DNA from: Verrucomicrobiia bacterium
Lineage (GTDB): Bacteria; Verrucomicrobiota; Verrucomicrobiia; Limisphaerales; UBA11358
DNA: 64,000 bases
NCBI GenBank assembly: GCA_035577265.1
Contig: DATLVR010000126.1
Coordinates: 4,367 to 68,366, forward strand
Direction: 5' to 3'
Of the stretch, positions 48,283-57,252 are shown one piece after another; the stretch's first letter is position 1; each line of letters starts with the position of its first letter. The notes beneath the pieces were generated by a model. That model saw nothing but the letters and a program-made list of their open reading frames with translations, made no database searches and was not told the DNA's origin. Made by a program: the position numbers and the translations under genes.

Positions 48283-48439
48283 CCGATATTTCAAACGCGG
48301 GTTGAGCCGCAAACCTTTGCTCAAAATATTCAGCGGCGATGGCTGGCAACCGGCAAGTTACAATCATGCGACTCGCATTTTTCCGGTAGCGAAAATTCGC
48401 AGACGGCATTATGGTCTGTCGGTATCCGCCAAAGTCTGA

Positions 48440-49252
48440 ATGTTTCACATTGTTTCCAGACGTCGTGATGGCCGAGCAGGTATTTGCCCGACCAACGGTT
48501 TTACGCTGATTGAATTGCTCGTGGTCATTGCAATCATTGGCATTCTTGCAGCCATGCTACTTCCCGCACTCAGCCGGGCCAAACAGCGGGCTTACATCAT
48601 TGTTTGTCTGAACAATCTCAAGCAACTTCAGGTGTGCTGGCACATGTATGCGCATGACAACGAGGACGTGATCCCGCCGAATAATTTCGTGTATCAAGTG
48701 TCCATGGGCAGCACCAACAATCCGACCCTGGGCGAGGACAGTTTGACCTGGTGCCGCGGCCTGGCACCGCTGGACACCAATGAAATCAGCGCCGCCACCT
48801 CCCTGCTCTTCACCTACAATCAAAGCTCCGCGATTTATCATTGTCCGTCCGATCATTCCACGGTGGATGGTTATCCGAACGTGGTGCGCAAACGCAGCTA
48901 CAACATGAGCAACAGCGCGAATTGCTCCGCCGACAATCATTTTCGGAAATCTCCCGAGATTCGGGTTCCCACGAGCCTTTTTGTATTCATCGACACCAGT
49001 GAAAAATATATCTGGGATTCCACCTTTGGCGTCATTCCGGCCAACTATCCCTACTGGTCGGACTACTGGCTGGACATTCCGGCGGATCGTCATTTGCAGG
49101 GCGCCAATCTCACTTTTGCGGACGGCCATGCGGAACGCTGGCGCTGGCGCGCACCCAAAGCCTCGGGGCTTGGACAGCCGTCTTATAGCAGCGACGATTT
49201 CGACGATTTGCGCCGGCTGCAAGAATGCATCAAAGGCGCCGGCGGCAATTGA
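48440..49252 (+). CDS. Prepilin-type N-terminal methylation domain protein (DUF1559-like)
   Basis: The N-terminus is [26 protein letters not shown] and the C-terminal region carries [11 protein letters not shown]. Confidence 0.85.
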   Translation: MFHIVSRRRDGRAGICPTNGFTLIELLVVIAIIGILAAMLLPALSRAKQRAYIIVCLNNLKQLQVCWHMYAHDNEDVIPPNNFVYQVSMGSTNNPTLGEDSLTWCRGLAPLDTNEISAATSLLFTYNQSSAIYHCPSDHSTVDGYPNVVRKRSYNMSNSANCSADNHFRKSPEIRVPTSLFVFIDTSEKYIWDSTFGVIPANYPYWSDYWLDIPADRHLQGANLTFADGHAERWRWRAPKASGLGQPSYSSDDFDDLRRLQECIKGAGGN

Positions 49253-49532
49253 CTCGCAACCACTCACCCGGACGGATCGCCCGACCAGGCCAGACTGCGG
49301 GATTGGTTCAACCCTGGAGGTTAAAAAATCCAGCCGTTTGATTTCGTCGCGGTTCGCGAGCTGGCGCATATGCGCGAGGAACCCGGCGATCTCCGCCGCT
49401 GGCAACAACAAATCACGCCGGGCGTTGATCCATGATTTGCCTGCCGCTCTGGTTGATTGAAAAATCCAGTTGTTTCCGCGCGGCAACAAGGACACGTTGG
49501 TCAAGGGTCCTTTGAAATAAGCCAAAATCCGC

Positions 49533-50444
49533 ATGATCCCTTTTCGCCTGAAACGTCACGGTTGCCGGACAGGTTTTCGCGCCCCTGCCGCGTATGGCGG
49601 CGTGGCCGCCACGCGGCTTGACGCCGGTTTTACGTTGATTGAACTGCTGGTGGTGATCGCCATCATCGGCCTGCTGGCGGCGCTGCTGCTTCCCGCACTC
49701 GACAAGGCCAGGCAGAAGGCCCATGGGATTTACTGCATGAACAACCATCGGCAGCTTGCTCTGGCGTGGCGTATGTATACCGATGACAACAACGACCAGC
49801 TCGTCTTTGCCAGCGAAGCCCCCTGGGCCTATGCCGCCACGGCACCCTACACCTGGGTAACCGGAACACTGGATCACAATCCCGCCAACCGCTCAAACTG
49901 GGATCCGGATCAGGACATCAAGAAAAGCCCGCTGTGGAATTATTGTGGCGGAAGCCTCGCCATCTGGCGTTGCCCTGCGGACACCTCAACCATTGAGGTC
50001 AACGGCAGCACTTTGCCGCGCGTCCGCAGCATGTCCATGAACGTTTACCTCGGCGGCTGGGGCGGCACGGATGGCAACTGGGGTCCGCAAATCAGCAACT
50101 ACCGTATCTTCCGAAAATGCTCTGAGTTCAACGACCCCACCCCGACGCAATTGTTTGTCCTCCTCGACATGCGCGAGGACAGCATCGACATGGGCAACTT
50201 GTGTGTGAACATGGCCGGCTGGCCCGACAATCCAGCGGCTCAATTTTTCTGGGACTTGCCGGGCATGTATCACAACCGCGCCTGCGGGTTCTCATTCGCC
50301 GACGGCCATTCCGAAATCAAGAAATGGCGTGATCCGCGAACCACCCCGCCGCTCGTCCACAACGGCTTCGTAAATGACGTGTTCGCTTCCCCCGACAATC
50401 AAGACATCACGTGGATGCAGGAGCGGGCAACGCGACCTAAATAA
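49533..50444 (+). CDS. Prepilin-type N-terminal methylation domain protein (DUF1559-like)
   Basis: The N-terminus is [26 protein letters not shown] and the C-terminal region carries [13 protein letters not shown]. Confidence 0.85.
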   Translation: MIPFRLKRHGCRTGFRAPAAYGGVAATRLDAGFTLIELLVVIAIIGLLAALLLPALDKARQKAHGIYCMNNHRQLALAWRMYTDDNNDQLVFASEAPWAYAATAPYTWVTGTLDHNPANRSNWDPDQDIKKSPLWNYCGGSLAIWRCPADTSTIEVNGSTLPRVRSMSMNVYLGGWGGTDGNWGPQISNYRIFRKCSEFNDPTPTQLFVLLDMREDSIDMGNLCVNMAGWPDNPAAQFFWDLPGMYHNRACGFSFADGHSEIKKWRDPRTTPPLVHNGFVNDVFASPDNQDITWMQERATRPK

Positions 50445-50524
50445 TGCGGTTCGCCCGGGCCAAACCGGGACCCGGCGACTTTTCGCCGCTTGGTTTACGC
50501 GCCCGCTTCGCATATCTTGTCCCT

Positions 50525-51688
50525 GTGTTGATTGACATCAAATCCCTGACCCGCGAAGAACTCGAAGCCCAATTCAAAACCTGGGACCAGCCGGTCTATC
50601 GCGTCACCCAGCTGCTCGAATGGCTCTACGCCCGCCGCGTCACTGCCTGGGACGCGATGACGAATCTGCCGAAAAAATTACGCGCGCAGTTGTCGGAAAA
50701 TTATTCCTTCCAAACCCTCGAGCTGGTTCGCAAGCAGGGTGCGCGCGATATCACCCAGAAATTTCTCTGGAAGCTCGCCGACGGCGCATTCATCGAAAGT
50801 GTTTTGATTCCGGCCAATCCCGCGCTTTACGGCGAGGCGAGCGACCGCCACACGCTCTGTGTTTCCACGCAGGTCGGCTGCGCCTATGGCTGCAAATTTT
50901 GCGCCAGCGGACTCGACGGCTGGAAGCGCAACCTCACACCCAACGAAATCGTCGAACAGGTTTTGGCGATTGAGCGTTGGAATGAACAAGAGCTGCTGGT
51001 TGCTCGATCCTCGATGCTGGATAAAAAACCTGCCGCGCCCGTTCCCCCAGCCTCCAGCCTCCAGGATCCAACATCGCGTTTGATAAACAATCTCGTCATC
51101 ATGGGCATGGGCGAGCCGCTGGCGAATTACGAAAATCTGCTCAAAGCATTGCGCATCCTGAACGCACCGTGGGGCGGCGGCATCGGCGCGCGGAAGATCA
51201 CCATCTCCACGAGCGGTCTTGTGCCGCAGATCCGCCGGCTCGCGGACGAACCGGAACAATTCCGCCTGGCCATTTCCCTGCACGGCGCGACGGATGAAGT
51301 CCGCCATCGGATCATGCCCGTAAACCGCAAATATCCGCTCAAGGAACTCACCGCCGCGCTGGAATATTATCAGGGGCAAAAAGACCGGATGATCACGTTT
51401 GAATACATTCTGATCAAAGGTGTGAATGACGCCATAGAACAGACCCAGCCGCTCGGGATGCTGGCCCGCCATTTGCGAGCCAAGGTGAATCTGATTCCCT
51501 ACAACACTGTCGAAGGCCTGCCCTGGGAACGGCCGAGCGAAGAGGTTTGCGAAGCGTTTCTCGATGCGCTTGAGAAACAAAAAACTCCCGCCACACTGCG
51601 CCGCGAAAAGGGTCATGACATCGACGCTGCGTGCGGACAACTGCGGCTGAAAACGGAGAAAGAATTGAGCCTAACCACCGTCAAATAA
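50525..51688 (+). CDS. rlmN: 23S rRNA/tRNA (adenine-C2)-methyltransferase RlmN
   Basis: The likely start is GTG 50525 (the track ORF opens at 50444). It has the radical-SAM motif CAYGCKFCASG and MGMGEPL. Confidence 0.9.
   Translation: MLIDIKSLTREELEAQFKTWDQPVYRVTQLLEWLYARRVTAWDAMTNLPKKLRAQLSENYSFQTLELVRKQGARDITQKFLWKLADGAFIESVLIPANPALYGEASDRHTLCVSTQVGCAYGCKFCASGLDGWKRNLTPNEIVEQVLAIERWNEQELLVARSSMLDKKPAAPVPPASSLQDPTSRLINNLVIMGMGEPLANYENLLKALRILNAPWGGGIGARKITISTSGLVPQIRRLADEPEQFRLAISLHGATDEVRHRIMPVNRKYPLKELTAALEYYQGQKDRMITFEYILIKGVNDAIEQTQPLGMLARHLRAKVNLIPYNTVEGLPWERPSEEVCEAFLDALEKQKTPATLRREKGHDIDAACGQLRLKTEKELSLTTVK
51003..51076. repeat. Heptamer-array inverted repeat translated in-frame in rlmN
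   Basis: The left arm is CTCGATC CTCGATG CTGGAT (51003-51022). The right arm, CCAGGATCCAACATCG (51061-76), is its imperfect reverse complement. It is read as ...ARSSMLDKKPAAPVPPASSLQDPTS.... Confidence 0.65.
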
Positions 51689-51798
51689 TTTTGCTCTGCC
51701 TTGATTTGGCGGACAAGAGTCTTGTGATGGTGTGAGCCAGGGCAGCCCGGATAAAGCCGATCAAGTCAGCACCCGACAAAAACACTGCGGCGCAACTT

Positions 51799-53124
51799 TC
51801 AGAGTCCTTCGACTTCCCAGCCCGCACGATATTTGCGCCGGACGTATTGGTTGGCTTCCGGCAGATTAAAATTCAGCTTCCGACCGCGCCACTCCAGCGT
51901 GGTGTGCGGGAAACGCGCGGCGATGTCGCCCAGCAAAATGGTTTCGGTGAGCGGGCCGGCATAGGCGAAGTCGGCTGTGGTTTTGCCGCTGCCACGGCAG
52001 GCTTCAACGAACTGTTCCCAATGTTTGAGTCCTTGGACGTGCGGAAATTTGAAATCCTTGAACTTCGTCTTCGGGAAAAGCGCGGGCAGGCTGTAATGCG
52101 GCAATAGCATCACGCCTTCGGTGCCCACAAAGATTGAGCCGGCCCCGGGAGCTTCTTCGCCTTCCAGTAAAGCGATGACTTCGGCCGGCGGGCGGGAGGT
52201 GCCATCATACCAGGTTACCGGCAGGGTTTTGGCAGCGGTTTGCTGGGTGCCTGCGAAGGTGTAAATCACTTCGCCGTTGAGCGCCCAGTTCCACGGGTTT
52301 GGCAGCGGACCTTCGGAACGGACGGAAATCGGCGAGGCCAGGCCGATGGCTCCAAACACCGGATCAAAAATATGGCAGCCCATGTCGCCCAAAGTGCCGG
52401 TGCCGAAGTCGAGCCGCTTGCGCCAGTTCCCGGGATGATAATATCCCCCACCGATGAACGGGCGTTCAGCGCACACGCCGAGCCAGAGATTCCAATCGAA
52501 GTCAATGGGTATGGCATCCGTCTGATCCGGTCTGGCAGACAGGTCGCCCCAGGATTTATCGCACCAGGAATGAACTGCCTTGACCTGGCCGATGGCCCCA
52601 TCCTGCACGAGACGCACGGCCAGACGATAATAGGCATTGGAGTGAATCTGGATGCCCATCTGCGTGACGACTTTCTGCTTGTGCGCCATCTCGGTCATCC
52701 GTCGCACCTCATGGATTTCATGGGCGAGCGGCTTCTGCCCGTAGACGTGCTTGCCGAGTTGCATGGCGCTCACGCCGATGGGCGCGTGCATGTGGTCAGG
52801 CGTGGAAACGTTGACGGAGTCGATGTTCCCGGCCTCTTGGTCGAGCAACACGCGCCAATCCTGATAAAACCGCGCGTCCGGAAATTTTTTCTTCGCCTCG
52901 CTCATGCGACTGAGATCCACGTCGCAGACCGCAACGATCTCGACATTGCTGCAATTGGCGATCTGCGTCAGGTCGGACCATGCCATTCCGGCTGAGCCGA
53001 AACTCGCGTGACGCAGCCTCATGCTTGGGGGCCGGGCGAACAGGTCGGACGTGATGAACGGTGCCGCAGCCGTCGCGGCACCGAGCGTCTTGAGAAAGGA
53101 ACGGCGGGAGAATCGTTGTTTCAT
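51799..53124 (-). CDS. Gfo/Idh/MocA family oxidoreductase with TAT signal
   Basis: 441-aa ORF with the twin-arginine signal SRRSFLKTLGAATAAA and a Rossmann-like N-terminus. Confidence 0.9.
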   Translation of the reverse strand: MKQRFSRRSFLKTLGAATAAAPFITSDLFARPPSMRLRHASFGSAGMAWSDLTQIANCSNVEIVAVCDVDLSRMSEAKKKFPDARFYQDWRVLLDQEAGNIDSVNVSTPDHMHAPIGVSAMQLGKHVYGQKPLAHEIHEVRRMTEMAHKQKVVTQMGIQIHSNAYYRLAVRLVQDGAIGQVKAVHSWCDKSWGDLSARPDQTDAIPIDFDWNLWLGVCAERPFIGGGYYHPGNWRKRLDFGTGTLGDMGCHIFDPVFGAIGLASPISVRSEGPLPNPWNWALNGEVIYTFAGTQQTAAKTLPVTWYDGTSRPPAEVIALLEGEEAPGAGSIFVGTEGVMLLPHYSLPALFPKTKFKDFKFPHVQGLKHWEQFVEACRGSGKTTADFAYAGPLTETILLGDIAARFPHTTLEWRGRKLNFNLPEANQYVRRKYRAGWEVEGL

Positions 53125-53140
53125 GGCCGGATCTGAAGTT

Positions 53141-54499
53141 TCAATCGAGCGGCTTGATGGAAATATTGCGGAACATCACCGGATCATTGTGGCCGGCAAA
53201 ACCGAAGTGGCCGCTCGTGCGATCTTTGCCGGGATGCGACTTGTCTCCCATGGAGTCGATCACGGTGCTCAAGTTGGTGTCGAGAATCCGTGTGCCGTTC
53301 AATTCCACCTTGATGGCCGGCCCCACGACGGTGACCTCCTCGTAATTCCATTCGCCCGTCGGATGCTGATAGCCGCGCTGCGCCGCGACCAGGCCATACG
53401 CCGAACCGTGCACCTGGCGCGGATCAAGATGCTGCCCGGTGACCTGTTCGTAATTGTCATCGAGCACCTGGCACTCGCACATCCCGACATAAGCCGTGTC
53501 GCCACTGCCCGGATAACGAATGGCCAGTCCGTTGTTGCCGCCAGGCGGCAGCTTGAATTCCAGGCGGACGGTGAAATTGGTGAACTCCGCTTTCGTGTAA
53601 ATCGTACCGCCCTTCTTCGGCTGCCAGACGATGGCCTTGTTCGTGATCCGGCAGCAATCCAGCGGCCCTTCCCAACCGGTGAAATCCCGGCCATTGAAGA
53701 CCGGTTTAAATCCTTTTGCTGACCGGGCAAGCAGTCGCAGATTGGCTTCGTCGCTGCCGATCTCGCGGATGAAAATATTTCTCCAGTCGATTTCGCCGCC
53801 GTGCGTCTGCAATTGGATCGGGCCCTTCGACGGCACCGGCAGCTTGCGGTTGAAGTAATTTTCCATCACCGCTCCGTCAACGGTCTGCTGGCCGTTCAAC
53901 CACACCCAGACCCGCGAGCCGACCATGATGATCCGGAGATGGTTCCATTGACCGAAGGGTTTGTCCGCCTTCACCAGCGGGTCTTTGCCCGGCGCACCCG
54001 AACTATTGTTCCACAATCCGCCGGAACCCTTGTCCGCGCCGAGAGCGAATTTATTTGTCGCAATCGAATCCCAGATCTGAACCTGCGGGCAGCCGCGCAG
54101 ATAAATCCCGCTGTCGGCAAGCGGCACCGTCTTGTAATCCACCAGCAATTCAAAATCACCGTAATTCCTGTCCGTGGTGAGAAACAGGCCCTTGCCGTCA
54201 TTCACCAGCACACCGTCCTTCACCGTCCAATGTTGCCGCACATCCTTGAGGCTGGCGTTGTGCTTCGCCCTGAATTTCGCCGGCGGCAAAGCCATGTAAT
54301 CACGAGGATTTTCAGTACCGGCACCCCACCAGCCATCCAGATTATTTCCATTGAACAGCCCGGTGAAGCCAGGCGGCGGCAGGCTGGCAGTGTGCGCGGG
54401 ATGATCGCTGGTCTGGCAACCGGTCAGAAGAAAGGGAAGAATGGCGGCGAGCGCGAAGCTCAATTTGTCTGACACTTTCAGAGCAGATGACTTGGACAT
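53141..54499 (-). CDS. Tandem DUF1080 (3-keto-disaccharide hydrolase-like) lipoprotein
   Basis: ATG 54499 gives a lipoprotein signal (...LLTGC). Two DUF1080-like halves each end in a QLQ.HG..I.(W/F)RNI pattern. Confidence 0.85.
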   Translation of the reverse strand: MSKSSALKVSDKLSFALAAILPFLLTGCQTSDHPAHTASLPPPGFTGLFNGNNLDGWWGAGTENPRDYMALPPAKFRAKHNASLKDVRQHWTVKDGVLVNDGKGLFLTTDRNYGDFELLVDYKTVPLADSGIYLRGCPQVQIWDSIATNKFALGADKGSGGLWNNSSGAPGKDPLVKADKPFGQWNHLRIIMVGSRVWVWLNGQQTVDGAVMENYFNRKLPVPSKGPIQLQTHGGEIDWRNIFIREIGSDEANLRLLARSAKGFKPVFNGRDFTGWEGPLDCCRITNKAIVWQPKKGGTIYTKAEFTNFTVRLEFKLPPGGNNGLAIRYPGSGDTAYVGMCECQVLDDNYEQVTGQHLDPRQVHGSAYGLVAAQRGYQHPTGEWNYEEVTVVGPAIKVELNGTRILDTNLSTVIDSMGDKSHPGKDRTSGHFGFAGHNDPVMFRNISIKPLD

Positions 54500-54671
54500 G
54501 CCGACAAGCATCAGATTTTCAGGCCAAACATGAAAGAACATTTATTCGCGGCGCTCAAAACTGTCGTGATGCTTGCCCTGGCACCGATGGTCGGCGCCGG
54601 CGGTTAATATTCATTTCCCGCAACTTTGTTCGTGACAACGGACTGGGTTAATTGTCTGTTAAAGAAAAACC

Positions 54672-56090
54672 ATGCGCGACCAGCCATCAGGTCGGGAAAT
54701 CGCAACGGACGCAAGTCACACTCACGCGCTCCAAACCTTCGAGCGTCGGCTGGTGCGGTTGCTTTCGGTGCGGAACGCCGTTCAATGGATGACCTTGTGG
54801 TTCTTCGTCTGGGGCGTGGTCGTCCTGGCCGTGCGCATCGCCGGAGTGGCGCAATCCGAATGGCTGGGGCTGGGTTTGCTCGGGATTGTTCCGCTGTTCA
54901 TCCTGGCCGTCCTGCGCGCCCGCCGACAAAAGCCTGAATTCACCAAAATCCGCGCCAGCTACGACCGGGTGAATGCCTGCGGCGGCGTGATGATGGCCGA
55001 GGAAGCAGCCGACATGAGCGTCTGGCAGTCGCAATTGCCCACCGCCTCCACGCCCCAACTCCGCTGGCGTAGCGGACGAATGATGACCCTGCTCTGCGTT
55101 TCGGCGTTGTTTGTGGCGACCGCCTTGTGGCTGCCCGAACGACTGACGAAGCTCGCCAATCATCATTCGCTGGAGATCGGCCAGATCGTGGAGCAATTGC
55201 AGGCCGAAGTGCAGACGCTGGCGCAGGAAAAGATTCTGGAAGACAAAAAAGCCGATGAACTGCAGCAGCAACTGGCGGCGATGAAAAAAGATTCGTCCGG
55301 TCTGGACCCGAACAAGACGTGGGAAGCCCTGGATCACATGAAGGAAGCCAACGCCGACCTCGCCAAACAGGCGGCGGAGGAGGCGTTGAACAAGACCGCC
55401 GAGCTGACCCAGGCCCAGACCCTCGCCAATGCGATGCAGGAGGCGGCGGAATCCGGCATGAGCCAGGACACCGCAATGCAGGCGGCGCAAACGCTCGCGG
55501 GAATGATCAAGGCCGCGAAGCTGGAAGACGGTTTGCTGAATGGCGAAATTCCCCCGGAATTACTGACCGACCTGAGCGGCTTCAACCAGGAGCAGATGAA
55601 ACAATTATTGAGCGCGCTGCAATTAAACAAGGACGCGCTGGGCAACACCCTCGGCAAGCTTGCCGCGTTGAAAATGATTGATCCGTCCCTGCTCGGCAAA
55701 TGCACGAGCGCCGGCCAATGCAAGAATCCCGGCGCGCTGGCGGATTTTCTCTCCAGCTGCACCAACGGTTCCGAAGCCACCGGGCTGATGATGTTCTATT
55801 GCCGCGGCGGCGTTGACCGCGGTCGCGGTGACGCGATGATGACGTGGAAGGATGAATCCTCGGCGGATGGCGCGAAGTTCAAGGAAGAATCGCTCCCGGC
55901 GTCCACGCATCTTTCGGATGCACAGTTTGTCGGCGTCAGCAAGGCTGCGCCGGAGTTGAGCGGTCAGGAGATCCAAGTCGAGCACGGCGCTCTGGCCAGC
56001 ACCGAAGGCAGCGGCGGCTCCGCCCACTCGCAGACCATTTTGCCCGAACACAAACAGGCGGTGCAGAATTTTTTCAAGCGGGACGAGTAA
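54672..56090 (+). CDS. Membrane protein with a long coiled-coil and a Cys-containing C-terminal region (hypothetical)
   Basis: 472-aa ORF with about 3 TM helices followed by a Q/A/E-rich helical segment. It is the first gene of the MoxR cluster. Confidence 0.6.
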   Translation: MRDQPSGREIATDASHTHALQTFERRLVRLLSVRNAVQWMTLWFFVWGVVVLAVRIAGVAQSEWLGLGLLGIVPLFILAVLRARRQKPEFTKIRASYDRVNACGGVMMAEEAADMSVWQSQLPTASTPQLRWRSGRMMTLLCVSALFVATALWLPERLTKLANHHSLEIGQIVEQLQAEVQTLAQEKILEDKKADELQQQLAAMKKDSSGLDPNKTWEALDHMKEANADLAKQAAEEALNKTAELTQAQTLANAMQEAAESGMSQDTAMQAAQTLAGMIKAAKLEDGLLNGEIPPELLTDLSGFNQEQMKQLLSALQLNKDALGNTLGKLAALKMIDPSLLGKCTSAGQCKNPGALADFLSSCTNGSEATGLMMFYCRGGVDRGRGDAMMTWKDESSADGAKFKEESLPASTHLSDAQFVGVSKAAPELSGQEIQVEHGALASTEGSGGSAHSQTILPEHKQAVQNFFKRDE

Positions 56091-56094
56091 AAAA

Positions 56095-56193
56095 GGATGA
56101 GTGGATTATTGAATGAGCGGACGAATGAGAAAACACAACACGCTTTTGGCAAATCCACCAATCCATTTATCCAAAAATCCACCAATCCAAATT
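56095..56193. repeat. Inverted heptamer-like array (AATCCAC/GTGGATT type)
   Basis: The left arm is GGATGAGTGGATTATTGAATGAGCGGACGAATGAG. The right arm contains AAATCCACCAATCCA twice (56151-65 and 56176-90). Confidence 0.65.
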
Positions 56194-56216
56194 AAGTTTT
56201 TTAAGTTTTTGCATTT

Positions 56217-57251
56217 ATGCCTGACCAAATCTTGAAGCCGGAAGAATTGCAGCCTGCCTCCGAGCTGGTGCGCAAAACATTGGAACAACTCGACCGCATT
56301 TTGCTGGGCCGGAAAGAACTGCATCGTCTGGTGCTCATCGGCATCCTGAGCCGGGGGCACATTCTGTTTGAAGGCCTGCCGGGTCTCGGCAAAACCGCGC
56401 TGGTCCGCACCATCGGCCAGATCCTCAAACTGGAATTCAAGCGCATCCAGTTCACACCTGATCTCATGCCCGGCGATGTGCTCGGCACGCACATCCTGCA
56501 GGAAACCAGTTCCGGCAAACGCGAACTTGCCTTCCAACCCGGGCCGGTGTTCACGAACATTCTGCTCGCCGACGAAATCAACCGTGCCTCGCCCAAGACC
56601 CAATCGGCCATGCTGGAAACGATGCAGGAAAATTGCGTGACCCTGCTCGGCACCACGCGTCCCCTGCCCCAGCCGTTCTTCGTGCTGGCCAGCCAGAACC
56701 CGATCGAGCTGGAGGGAACCTATCCGCTGCCCGAAGCGCAACTGGACCGTTTTCTGTTCCGGCTGTTGTTCGAGCAGGTGGATGCCGACGTGCTGGACGC
56801 GATCATCTCGGAGCGGCGACGCGGCGAATTGCCGGCACCGACCTGGCAGATGGAACGGAACCAGTTGGAAGCCCTGTTCCAAATCATGGGGAAAATTTAT
56901 CTGCCGCATCCAGTCTCGCGTTACATCGCCCGGCTGGTCTCCGCCACGCATCCCGGCAGCGCGGAGGCGACGGAGCCGGTGAACAAATATGTCAGCTACG
57001 GCGCTTCACCACGAGCGGCCATCGCCATCGCCGAAGCGGCCCGTGGCCACGCCCTGGTGGCCGGACGACCAAGCGTTGGGTTCGAAGATGTGAAAGTCGT
57101 CGCGCAGCCGGTGCTGAATCATCGTTTGATTTTGAATTATCAGGCGCGTTTTGACCGCATGACGGCGACCAAGCTCGTGAGCGAGTTGTTGGGCCAGCTG
57201 GATGAAACCGGCTTGAACCTGCCCAAGGATGTGGCTCTGGCGACCGCTTGA
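56217..57251 (+). CDS. MoxR-type AAA+ ATPase
   Basis: 344-aa ORF with Walker A GLPGLGKT and Walker B LLADEINR. Confidence 0.9.
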   Translation: MPDQILKPEELQPASELVRKTLEQLDRILLGRKELHRLVLIGILSRGHILFEGLPGLGKTALVRTIGQILKLEFKRIQFTPDLMPGDVLGTHILQETSSGKRELAFQPGPVFTNILLADEINRASPKTQSAMLETMQENCVTLLGTTRPLPQPFFVLASQNPIELEGTYPLPEAQLDRFLFRLLFEQVDADVLDAIISERRRGELPAPTWQMERNQLEALFQIMGKIYLPHPVSRYIARLVSATHPGSAEATEPVNKYVSYGASPRAAIAIAEAARGHALVAGRPSVGFEDVKVVAQPVLNHRLILNYQARFDRMTATKLVSELLGQLDETGLNLPKDVALATA

Positions 57252-57252
57252 A

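Noticed and set aside
49253-49532. Possible small gene or decayed antitoxin on the minus strand between the two DUF1559 genes (…AEIAGFLAHMRQLANRDEIKRLDF…).
   Set aside because: Neither frame has both a start and a stop within the gap. The ORFs only close by running hundreds of nt antisense into neighbouring genes, and I recognised no family motif.
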